From an uncultured candidate division WWE3 bacterium (GTDB lineage: Bacteria; Patescibacteriota; WWE3; UBA101185; UBA10185): a stretch of DNA of 64,000 nt. The notes below the pieces were generated by a model. It was not told the origin of the DNA. It did no database searches and saw only the letters and a list, made by a program, of their open reading frames with translations. The DNA is taken from assembly GCA_903879985.1 (NCBI GenBank), contig CAIRNR010000007.1, positions 465,519 through 529,518 on the forward strand, given 5' to 3'. The position numbers and the translations under genes were made by a program. Below, in pieces: positions 18,345 to 26,928 of the stretch. Every line of letters starts with the position of its first letter. The stretch's first letter is position 1.

Positions 18345-20354
18345 ATGCCAGACGAAACAAAAGTTGCCAAAGAAGACTCAGAATTTTTTAAAAATCTTAA
18401 TCCACAACAAATAGAAGCAGTAAAACACTTTGAAGGACCTGCACTTGTTGTTGCCGGTCCGGGTAGTGGAAAAACACGAGTACTTACAAATCGTGTGGCT
18501 TATTTAATTCAACAAAAACAAGTTCCCGAGTTAAATATTTTGTGCGTAACTTTCACAAACAAAGCTGCCGAAGAAATAAAAAATCGTGTAAAAGCCTTAT
18601 TAGGAACAAAAGTTTCTATTCCTTGGAGTGGAACTTTTCATTCTATTTGCGCACGAATTTTACGAAAAGATGGTTACCTAATTGGTATCCCAAAATCGTA
18701 TGTTATTTACGATGGTGACGACCAAGAAAAATTAATAAAAGGAATCGTTAAAGACTTTGGTATGGATCCTAAAAAGTTTAGTGCTCGCACAGTTTTGGGA
18801 ACAATCTCAAGTGCCAAATCCGAGCTTATTGATCACGAAAGTTACTTTGGTTTCGCACAAGGTTATTATCAAAGATCTATCGCAAAGATTTATCCTGAAT
18901 ATCAAAAGAGATTACGTGCAAACGACGCTTTAGATTTTGACGATCTTTTGGTTGAAACAGTAAATTTGTTTTTAAAAGTTCCTGAAATGTTAATTAAATA
19001 TCAAGATTTATTCCGTTACATTTTGGTTGATGAATATCAAGATACAAATAAAGTGCAATACGTTTTAACAAAAACTTTGGCCAGCGCTTACAAAAATTTA
19101 TTTGTAGTTGGTGATATGTCTCAAGCAATTTATTCTTTTCGAGGTGCAGACTTTAGAAACATTTTAAATTTTCAAAATGATTATCCGGATGCAAAGATTT
19201 ATAACCTCGAACAAAACTATCGTTCAACACAAGTAATCTTGGACGCTGCGAAAAACGTAATCAAAAATAACACAACACACATTCCTTTAGATTTATGGAC
19301 TGAAAACGGAACCGGAGAAAAAATCATTTCGTATACCGGAACATCCGAAACAGATGAAGCTCGTTTTGTTGTAGACGAAATTGTGGCCGCGCTTGATGCC
19401 GGAAAAACACACAAAGAAATCGCAGTTTTATATAGAACAAATGCTCAGTCAAGAACAATCGAAGAAGCTTTAATTCGAAATAATATTCCATATAGAATTA
19501 TCGGCGGTCAGCGATTTTATTCACGAAAAGAAGTTAAAGATGTTGTGGCATTTTTAAGAGTTATTCATAATCCAAAAGACACGGTGAGTTGGGAGAGAAT
19601 TATTAACGTACCACCTCGCGGAATCGGCCAAAAAACTGTTGAACGTTTAGCAGAAAATAAATGGGATTTAACGGAGGTTGAGTCGCGATCGAGTTTGCCA
19701 ATAAAAGCGTGGATTGCCTCAAAGGAAACTTTGTCCACATTGGAGTTAATGGAAAAAATTATTGAGGACTCCAAATATTTATCTTGGTTAAACGATGGAT
19801 CTGAAGAAAACATTCAACGAATTGAAAACATAAAAGAGTTACGTTCGGTGGCAGCACAGTTTGTAAGTCTCGAAGAATTTTTGGAAAACGTCTCATTAAT
19901 TGAAAGCAGCGATAAACCTCGTGCCGACTCCTTTAACGCTGTTACTTTAATGACTGTTCACGCGTCAAAAGGTTTGGAATTTCCACTAGTTTTTATTATC
20001 GGCATGGAAGAAGGTTTATTCCCACACAACCAATCTATGATGGACCTAACCGAACTCGAAGAAGAGCGCCGATTATGTTACGTGGCAATCACGCGTGCGA
20101 TGTCTAAATTATTTTTAACAAATGCTAGATCGAGATTATATTTTGGAACTGTTCAATCCAATTTACCCAGCAGGTTTTTAAGTGAAATACCTGAAGAATT
20201 CTTGGAGCTTCGTGAAAATGAAGCAGCAAAAAATGTTGGGGGCAGTAATGGCTTTGGAGGACATTCTCGTTTGAGATCCCCACTTAGCACTCGCGCCACA
20301 ACAGACTTTTTAGACGAACTTGACTACGACCGCGGCAATTTTAGCTGGGATTAA
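18345..20354 (+). CDS. uvrD: UvrD/PcrA-type SF1 DNA helicase
   Basis: 669 aa with Walker A AGPGSGKT, DEYQDTN, and VTLMTVHASKGLEFP. A TGaTAGAAT -10 sits 6 nt before the ATG. Confidence 0.9.
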   Translation: MPDETKVAKEDSEFFKNLNPQQIEAVKHFEGPALVVAGPGSGKTRVLTNRVAYLIQQKQVPELNILCVTFTNKAAEEIKNRVKALLGTKVSIPWSGTFHSICARILRKDGYLIGIPKSYVIYDGDDQEKLIKGIVKDFGMDPKKFSARTVLGTISSAKSELIDHESYFGFAQGYYQRSIAKIYPEYQKRLRANDALDFDDLLVETVNLFLKVPEMLIKYQDLFRYILVDEYQDTNKVQYVLTKTLASAYKNLFVVGDMSQAIYSFRGADFRNILNFQNDYPDAKIYNLEQNYRSTQVILDAAKNVIKNNTTHIPLDLWTENGTGEKIISYTGTSETDEARFVVDEIVAALDAGKTHKEIAVLYRTNAQSRTIEEALIRNNIPYRIIGGQRFYSRKEVKDVVAFLRVIHNPKDTVSWERIINVPPRGIGQKTVERLAENKWDLTEVESRSSLPIKAWIASKETLSTLELMEKIIEDSKYLSWLNDGSEENIQRIENIKELRSVAAQFVSLEEFLENVSLIESSDKPRADSFNAVTLMTVHASKGLEFPLVFIIGMEEGLFPHNQSMMDLTELEEERRLCYVAITRAMSKLFLTNARSRLYFGTVQSNLPSRFLSEIPEEFLELRENEAAKNVGGSNGFGGHSRLRSPLSTRATTDFLDELDYDRGNFSWD

Positions 20355-20396
20355 TTTTCTCAGTTCCAAAATAATTGAACTTTGGTATAGTTAAGT

Positions 20397-22067
20397 ATGC
20401 TCAATCAAAATTCCAATAAACCAACTAAATATATCTTTGTATCTGGCGGTGTTATTTCTGGCCTTGGAAAAGGAATAATAATGTCGTCGTTATCTTTACT
20501 TTTAAAACAAGCGGGTTATACCGTTTCGCCAATGAAGGCTGACATGTATTTAAACATTGATGCCGGCACAATGAACCCTTTGGAACATGGCGAATCTTTT
20601 GTTACTGAAGACGGAAAAGAAACTGATTTAGATTTAGGTCACTACGAGCGTTATTTAAATATCGATTTACATGCAAATAATTACATGACGATGGGTCAAA
20701 TATATTCTGAAGTTTTAGCAAAGGAGCGCGCTTTGGAATATCACGGTAAATGTGTAGAAGGTCATATTCATATTCCAGAAGCAATTATTGAACATATTGA
20801 AAGAAATAATAAAGACGCTGAAGTTGTCTTAATAGAAATTGGTGGCACTGTTGGGGAATATCAAAACATTTTATTTTACGAAGCCGTTCGTCGTTTTAAA
20901 CAGAAGCATAAGAACGATACTATTTTGGTTCACGTAGTTTACTTGCCGGTTCCAAAGTTTTTAGGTGAAATGAAAAGTAAACCTGCTCAAGCTTCTATTT
21001 ACGAATTATATAAGCTTGGTGTTTCTCCTGACTTTGTTATTTGCCGAAGTGAAGACGCTGTTGATGAAAAACGTCGTGGTTCTATTTCGTTTAACACGGG
21101 TGTTCCTGCAGATCACATTATTTCCAGTCCTGATGTCGATACTGTTTACAAAGTTCCGCTTGTTTTACAGGCGCAAAATTTTGAAATGTTAGTTCAGCAA
21201 GATTTAGGGTTATCGGAACCAAAAAAATCTGATCTAAGTTCTTGGCAAGCAAAGATAGATAAGATTAATGCTTTAACTGATTCTGTAACTATTGGTATTG
21301 CAGGAAAATATTTTGTTTCAGGAAATTTCAGTTTAGAAGATTCATACGTATGCGTTATTGAAGCTATTAAACACGCTTGTTGGTCCCTCAATTTAAAACC
21401 AAACATTAAATGGTTCGATGTTGAAAATTTGGATAAAGAAGAAGTAGCAAAATGTGACGGCATTATAGTTCCACAAGGTTGGGGTTCACGTGGCGTTGAA
21501 GGAAAAATCGAAACAGTTAAGTTGGCTCGCGAAAAACAGATTCCATATTTGGGACTTTGTTTCGGTATGCAAATGGCTGCCATAGAATTTGGTCGCGATG
21601 TTTTAGGTTTTGAAAAAGCAAATTCGGCCGAGGTAGACGAAAAAACAAAATATCCAGTTATTCACGTTATGCCAAACCAAGAAGAATTGTTAAAGAAACA
21701 TCAATATGGTGGAACTATTCGACTTGGTGCATGGCCTTGCTTAGTTCAAAAAGGTTCGTTGCTTGAGGAATGTTATAAAAAATGGGGAGGTAGCCGACTT
21801 GATGAAAATAATATCGCTATGGAACGTCATAGACATAGATATGAGTTTAATAACGAATATAAGGTTCAATACGAAAAAGCAGGTATGGTATTTAGTGGCA
21901 CATCTCCCGATGGAGAAATAGTTGAAACAATGGAGTTGCCAAAAGATAAACATCCATTCTTTTTAGGCACGCAGTATCATCCTGAATTTAAGTCTAGGTT
22001 TGAGTCGCCACATCCAATTTTTGTTGGTTTTATTGAGGCGAGCCGAAAAAACCAGAAGCGCGCCTAA
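20397..22067 (+). CDS. pyrG: CTP synthase
   Basis: KYIFVSGGVISGLGKG N-terminus and a glutamine amidotransferase C-domain (GLCFGMQ). Confidence 0.95.
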   Translation: MLNQNSNKPTKYIFVSGGVISGLGKGIIMSSLSLLLKQAGYTVSPMKADMYLNIDAGTMNPLEHGESFVTEDGKETDLDLGHYERYLNIDLHANNYMTMGQIYSEVLAKERALEYHGKCVEGHIHIPEAIIEHIERNNKDAEVVLIEIGGTVGEYQNILFYEAVRRFKQKHKNDTILVHVVYLPVPKFLGEMKSKPAQASIYELYKLGVSPDFVICRSEDAVDEKRRGSISFNTGVPADHIISSPDVDTVYKVPLVLQAQNFEMLVQQDLGLSEPKKSDLSSWQAKIDKINALTDSVTIGIAGKYFVSGNFSLEDSYVCVIEAIKHACWSLNLKPNIKWFDVENLDKEEVAKCDGIIVPQGWGSRGVEGKIETVKLAREKQIPYLGLCFGMQMAAIEFGRDVLGFEKANSAEVDEKTKYPVIHVMPNQEELLKKHQYGGTIRLGAWPCLVQKGSLLEECYKKWGGSRLDENNIAMERHRHRYEFNNEYKVQYEKAGMVFSGTSPDGEIVETMELPKDKHPFFLGTQYHPEFKSRFESPHPIFVGFIEASRKNQKRA

Positions 22068-22076
22068 CGCTTGGAC

Positions 22077-22170
22077 GCGATACATCAGCGCAGCTGTTCT
22101 GGCGTAATCGCCCGATCAGCGCAGCTGATATAACACCAACGTGATACATCAGCGCAGCTGATATAATGTA
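22077..22170 (+). promoter_or_regulatory. Three tandem copies of a promoter/operator module (gatacATCAGCgcaGCTGAT-ataat) ending in the rsmA extended -10
   Basis: Repeat units start at 22081, about 22112 and 22143. The last one ends TGaTATAAT, 6 nt before the rsmA ATG. The core is the palindrome ATCAGC-N3-GCTGAT. Confidence 0.5.
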
Positions 22171-22173
22171 CCC

Positions 22174-22959
22174 ATGTTTGCGCCTAAAAAAGAACTAGGT
22201 CAAAACTTCTTAAGTGATCCTGAAATTGCCACAAGCATGATCTCAGGCCTTGATATTACCGCCGGAAACGACGTTATTGAGATTGGTCCGGGCCGTGGGT
22301 TTTTAACCGAGCAACTTGCCAAAAAGGCTGTAGCCGAAGAATTTGATTTTTACGCTGTCGAACTGGATAAACGCTTTTACGAGCACCTCCAACGAACCTT
22401 TGTCGACAATCCAAATGTGCATATCGTAAACGCAAACATCTTAGATTTCCTTCCAAAGTACACAAAACCTGAAAACAAAAGTGTGAAAATACTTGGTTCT
22501 TTGCCTTATTACATAACTTCGCCAATCGTTCACCAAATTATACGTATGGCGGTCAGTCAACCAGATGAATGCGTGTTGTTGATACAAAAGGAAGTAGCCG
22601 AAAAAATTGTAGCACCCGCGCCAGATTCTTCTTATATGTCTGTTTTTGTACAAACTTTTTTTGAGGTTACATATCTTTTTACCATTCCACGCGAAAAGTT
22701 TAGTCCTGTGCCACAAGTTGATGGAGGAGTAATTAAGCTGGTTAAACGCAGTGAACTTGGTAAAGAATTTGGTGTTGATTTAACCCGAGAATTTGTCACT
22801 AAATATGAAGGTTTTTTGCATAAAGCCTTTAAGAATCCTCGCAAAATGATGAACAAACCTTTTAGCCAGGAAGAATTAGATCGCGCAGGAATATCTGCAA
22901 GTTTGCGCCCTCAAAATTTAAATTGGAAAGAATGGTTGAATTTCTATTTAAAGTTTTAA
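22174..22959 (+). CDS. rsmA: 16S rRNA (adenine1518/1519-N6)-dimethyltransferase RsmA/KsgA
   Basis: KKELGQNFL N-terminus, an EIGPGRG SAM motif, and a NLPY-type region. Confidence 0.9.
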   Translation: MFAPKKELGQNFLSDPEIATSMISGLDITAGNDVIEIGPGRGFLTEQLAKKAVAEEFDFYAVELDKRFYEHLQRTFVDNPNVHIVNANILDFLPKYTKPENKSVKILGSLPYYITSPIVHQIIRMAVSQPDECVLLIQKEVAEKIVAPAPDSSYMSVFVQTFFEVTYLFTIPREKFSPVPQVDGGVIKLVKRSELGKEFGVDLTREFVTKYEGFLHKAFKNPRKMMNKPFSQEELDRAGISASLRPQNLNWKEWLNFYLKF

Positions 22960-23681
22960 ACTTTTACCTTTGCTGATTTTCTCTTAAATCTTGGTAGTGA
23001 GTCTGAAATTACTCTGTTAGTATATTTAACGCTTGCGAAATTAATAATATTTCTAAAGATGTTTAAGGCTTTAATACCTTTGTATCTTCGGCAAGAAATC
23101 AGATTTTTAAACTCCCAATCGACTTTTATTTTTCCATATTTACTTATTCGTGTAGTGATGATGGAATCTTCGTAGAATTTATAGTTTTTAAGTAAAAATC
23201 CGCCACAGGCAAGTGTTTCCTTTGTTTTCATAGCCATGTTGCAGCCCATTAAGGAATTTTCTCTTGGTATACGTGCTAAATAATAGCCTGCATAACCAAT
23301 AACATCGTTAACAAAAACATTAGAGTCGTAAGCAAAAGATGGTCCGGTTACGCCAACTACTTCGGGATCGGCATCAAAGTCAGCTTTTGCAACCTTAAGC
23401 CAATTTTCAGGAACACGCGCATCGGCATCTGTTGTTATATAGTAGGTGCCTTTGGATTCTTCTAAACCACGTTGGCGGGCGAATGTTATTCCTTTTTTTG
23501 GTTCGTGAATGACTTTGAATCCGTATTTTTCAACGATTTCTACGCTTTTATCAGTGCTTCCATTATCAACAATCAACACCTCATACTTATCTTTTGGGTA
23601 ATCCAGCTTTTTTATGCTTTCCAAAAAAGGTGGTAAATTTTCTTCTTCATTTAGGACCGGTATAACTACGCTAAAATCCAT
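22956..23681 (-). CDS. Family 2 glycosyltransferase
   Basis: FSVVIPVLNEEENL, LIVDNGSTD, and a TTDADARV (DxD) motif. Confidence 0.8.
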   Translation of the reverse strand: MDFSVVIPVLNEEENLPPFLESIKKLDYPKDKYEVLIVDNGSTDKSVEIVEKYGFKVIHEPKKGITFARQRGLEESKGTYYITTDADARVPENWLKVAKADFDADPEVVGVTGPSFAYDSNVFVNDVIGYAGYYLARIPRENSLMGCNMAMKTKETLACGGFLLKNYKFYEDSIITTRISKYGKIKVDWEFKNLISCRRYKGIKALNIFRNIINFASVKYTNRVISDSLPRFKRKSAKVKV

Positions 23682-23999
23682 ATGTCTGTCTATTTTATCA
23701 TGTTTAGAAAATGCTTGTTTTTGTTGGGAGAAATGGCGTTTAAGGTGTCGTATAAATTAGTAATCCGGACAAATATCCCGTTGTGGTTATACTTGTCCGG
23801 ACGTATCCGAAGCAAGTTTCTACTCCTGCTTCGCAGTACCTCTTATTTTTACCCCGTCCCTTACGGAACGAAATACAAGATGTACTTGAACGTTATCGTA
23901 TTGTTACGGTTTAGTCAAATTTAGTCCGCGGAGGCGTCATTTATGTGTTATATTGTCGGCAATTAGTTTTAATCAAACAATAAAAAAGGAGTTGAGTTT

Positions 24000-24629
24000 A
24001 TGCCTGATAATACTGTAGCTCACAGCTTACGTAGACTGGTGGCGGATATTGCTTTTCATGAGTTGCCCACGCGGGATATTGTTCCTAAACAAGCCAAGCT
24101 ACTCTTATATTATATCGATGCGTATTTGGGACTTAACACTGTCTTGCAAAATGCAATTGCAAATCCCAACTGTGCTAAATTTGGCAATTGGCTTTGCACC
24201 ATGAGCGCCGCCTGGGCTTTTCTATTGGCCGGACGTCCTTACGGAACAAAGTATGCTGTCGAGGATCCTGAAATCGCGTTAGAAGAAGAGCTGGTTTGTA
24301 TGCATGCGTTTTTCCTCACGCTTGTTCCCCATAAAACGGCGGACTGGTGTTTGGCCAACTACGGTGAGGCAATCAAGGATCGTACTCAACAAATGGGATT
24401 GGCTACACGTCGTTCAGATCTTTTGAGCTTGCGTAAATCGTTCAATGCTATTTGTCGGGAACATGATTTTAAATTGACTTCAGGGGAAATGGCCACGCTA
24501 AAATTGCATGCCCAGCTGGTTGTTTCTGCAAAAGACAAAACACTTATGGAACCGGCTATTATGCTTTTCGCCGCATACTTTCTTGAAATACGCGAAAAGT
24601 ATCGTCGCATGCCCGCAAAAGCAACATAG
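24000..24629 (+). CDS. Hypothetical protein (Cys/Trp-rich, GC-elevated)
   Basis: 209 aa with a strong SD (aaAGGAGttgagtttATG). I recognise no family. Confidence 0.5.
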   Translation: MPDNTVAHSLRRLVADIAFHELPTRDIVPKQAKLLLYYIDAYLGLNTVLQNAIANPNCAKFGNWLCTMSAAWAFLLAGRPYGTKYAVEDPEIALEEELVCMHAFFLTLVPHKTADWCLANYGEAIKDRTQQMGLATRRSDLLSLRKSFNAICREHDFKLTSGEMATLKLHAQLVVSAKDKTLMEPAIMLFAAYFLEIREKYRRMPAKAT

Positions 24630-24703
24630 CTCTTGTTGTACATGCTAAAAGGTCAGATAAATAAAATTGTCTGGCCTTTATTTTTTGGTGATATACTAGC
24701 CCT

Positions 24704-25639
24704 ATGTCAACACATTTGGCTCAGTCACACTTGTGGGGAAAATTCAAAGAGGAATATGGAACTCCTGTAGTGTATGCAGGAAACGTTATGTATACAAAGC
24801 ATAAAATCCCTTTTACAGGTTCTTTTTATGCATATTGCCCGCGTGTTAATCCTTCCGATGTTAACTTTGAAGAATTAAAAAAATCCATGGAAGAAAACAA
24901 TTGTATTGCACTTCACTTTGACGTTCCTAATGTAGCCAAAGATTCTCCCGAGGCAGAAACCGCATTGGCTATTTTAGAAAAGTATTGTGAGAAATCCCCA
25001 CGCGCTGAGTTTGCAAAAGGAAACTTTATTATTGACCTAACTAAATCGGAAGAAGAATTACTCGCTGGAATGCACAACAAGCAACGTTACAACATGGGAT
25101 TGGCACAGCGCAAAGGTGTAACAGTTAAGGAAGGTTCCGCTGACGAAGATTTTGATGTCTTTTTTGAGATTTATAAACAAACGGGCATGCGTCAAAAGTT
25201 TTATTACCGTCCAAAAGCTTATTTGCACGAGGTTTTTAAATCATTTCGTTCCGACGGTTTAGCTTATATTTTAACAGCGTATTACGAGGGAAAACCTTTA
25301 GCATCTTGGATGTTATTAAAATACGAAGATGTTTTATATTATCCCTACGGTGGTTCCACAGAAGAATTTAAAAATGTGTTTGCCAGCACGCTTGTTGGTT
25401 GGGAAGCTATTAAACTTGGTAAGCGCTTAAACTGCACTTTGTTTGATATGTGGGGAGCGACAGAAGATATGAGCGATACTACGGATACATACTACGGCTT
25501 TTCCTTATTTAAACAAAAGTTTGGGGCTAAACATATTCAATATATTGATTCTTACGATTTTATAATTAACCCATCACTCTACAAAATGTTTAATATGGCC
25601 AACGGTGTTCGTTGGAAGATTTTGAATGTTTTACGATGA
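24704..25639 (+). CDS. FemAB-family aminoacyl-tRNA-dependent peptidyltransferase (paralog 1)
   Basis: 311 aa with a FemX-like pattern (HNKQRYN, LYYPYGGS). TGaTATACT sits 6 nt before the ATG (leaderless type). Confidence 0.7.
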   Translation: MSTHLAQSHLWGKFKEEYGTPVVYAGNVMYTKHKIPFTGSFYAYCPRVNPSDVNFEELKKSMEENNCIALHFDVPNVAKDSPEAETALAILEKYCEKSPRAEFAKGNFIIDLTKSEEELLAGMHNKQRYNMGLAQRKGVTVKEGSADEDFDVFFEIYKQTGMRQKFYYRPKAYLHEVFKSFRSDGLAYILTAYYEGKPLASWMLLKYEDVLYYPYGGSTEEFKNVFASTLVGWEAIKLGKRLNCTLFDMWGATEDMSDTTDTYYGFSLFKQKFGAKHIQYIDSYDFIINPSLYKMFNMANGVRWKILNVLR

Positions 25640-26538
25640 AGCACGCGCTTGATATTAGACAAACGGACGAATGGGGAAAATATTTAGCATCAATGGGTTG
25701 GAAGCAGTTTAGAACTGCGCGAGGCATTGGTGTTGTTGTTAAGAAAATGTTTTTTGGTAGTGTTATAAAAGTGCAACGTCCCCAAGATGTAGTTCTCCAA
25801 GATTTACGCGATATAGATGAAATTTGTGTAAAGAATAAAGGTTTGTTTATTAAGTTTGAACCCGATTTTAAACAAGATTTAAGTATTTTTAAAACCGCCG
25901 GCTACGAATTCAGTTATAGTCCATTGTGTCCTCCAACAACTATTTATATTGATCTCACAAAAAGCGAGGAAGAGTTATGGGCCGCAGTTTCTCATAGTGG
26001 AAAATATTCTATTAATCGTGCTCGTCGTGAAGGTGCGCACGTTAAATTTTTTCCACGCCCCGACACCGAAATTTTAAAAAAATACCATGCAGTGAATGTT
26101 GAGACCGGAAAGCTAAAAAAGTTTTATGTACAGCCTTTTAAAGAGCAATTAGCTAAGGTTGCGGCGTTTGGTGACAACTGCGTGCTAGCCGCTGTTTACG
26201 ATGCGGATGAAAACATGGTTGGCGGAAAAATATTTTTAGGCGGTGGTGATATGGTTTTATACAACACAGGTGGCACGACAGCTAAGGGGCGTCACCAGAA
26301 GTCTGGATATTTGTTAGTTTGGGAAACATTTTTATATTTTAAAAAGCTTGGTTATTCAGTTATGGATCTCGAAGGTAAAGACGACAAACGCTTTCCTTTA
26401 TTTACAGGAAATTGGGGGGGTTTTAGTCACTTTAAGGAAAAGTTTAACGGTGAAACTGTAGAATTTCCTATTCCTTACATTAAGTTTTTGAGTCCTGTTA
26501 TGGAAATTATGGCGAAGGCTACGCCGATGGGGCTTTAG
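25636..26538 (+). CDS. FemAB-family peptidyltransferase (paralog 2)
   Basis: 300 aa from the internal Met, which forms an ATGA overlap with paralog 1. The domain pattern is the same (SGKYSINRARREG, VLYNTGG). Confidence 0.7.
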   Translation: MKHALDIRQTDEWGKYLASMGWKQFRTARGIGVVVKKMFFGSVIKVQRPQDVVLQDLRDIDEICVKNKGLFIKFEPDFKQDLSIFKTAGYEFSYSPLCPPTTIYIDLTKSEEELWAAVSHSGKYSINRARREGAHVKFFPRPDTEILKKYHAVNVETGKLKKFYVQPFKEQLAKVAAFGDNCVLAAVYDADENMVGGKIFLGGGDMVLYNTGGTTAKGRHQKSGYLLVWETFLYFKKLGYSVMDLEGKDDKRFPLFTGNWGGFSHFKEKFNGETVEFPIPYIKFLSPVMEIMAKATPMGL

Positions 26539-26569
26539 TTTTTACCTATTACCCTATACCCTATAGCAT

Positions 26570-26598
26570 TTGACCAATTAGGTTTTGGCCTGTATAAT
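26570..26598 (+). promoter_or_regulatory. Canonical sigma-70-type promoter TTGACC-N17-TATAAT
   Basis: TTGACC at 26570-75 and TATAAT at 26593-98, with a TG immediately upstream of the -10. Confidence 0.5.
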
Positions 26599-26644
26599 CA
26601 ACCTATTCAAGATTAAGACTACGATATATTAGGGAAAAGGGTGA

Positions 26645-26866
26645 TTGATCATGTGGAATAAACTCGCAAGTGGATGGAAGGCTCTGTGGATATATGTGCA
26701 CATCATTCTGGAAACCGATGTTCGCGCGTATGATGATCCGTTTTGGCTCCTTGGTTGCTCTCCTGCACCTGAGACTCGCAAGATGTTAAAGGCAGGACGA
26801 ACTCGTGCGCTGGGTAAAAGTAAAACCCGGAAGATTAAACCTATGCGGCATGGTCTTGGAATTTAA
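26645..26866 (+). other. Orphan transcription unit: 73-aa basic ORF or structured small RNA (about 310 nt from promoter to terminator)
   Basis: GC is clearly above the local background. It is bracketed by the promoter above and the terminator below. The ORF has a weak SD (AAGGGTGA). I detect no RNase P, tmRNA or SRP signature motifs. Confidence 0.3.
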
Positions 26867-26885
26867 TCAGCTTTAGCCGCAGTAA

Positions 26886-26928
26886 TCGCCATGTGAATTT
26901 CAAATTCCCGTGGCGATTTTTTTACCCC
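26886..26928 (+). terminator. Intrinsic terminator (plus strand)
   Basis: atcgccatg...cgtggcgat stem followed by ttttttt. Confidence 0.6.

Noticed and set aside
22077-22170. Possible CRISPR array, because of the short repeated units
   Set aside because: Only 2-3 copies. The units are irregular in length and spacing, the repeats embed a functional-looking -10 box directly upstream of a gene, and no cas genes are present anywhere in the window.
23682-23924. 80-aa ORF in the GT2/hypothetical intergenic region
   Set aside because: No SD. It overlaps hairpin-forming leader sequence, and its composition is typical of a non-coding frame. I treat the region as a structured leader instead.
26600-26920. 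Identification of the orphan transcript as RNase P RNA, tmRNA or SRP RNA
   Set aside because: I see no GGAAAGTCC or ACAGAAnCCGGCUUA (RNase P), no tRNA-like CCA-terminal acceptor or tag ORF (tmRNA), and no GGAAGGAAGCAGC domain-IV motif (SRP). Identity is left open.
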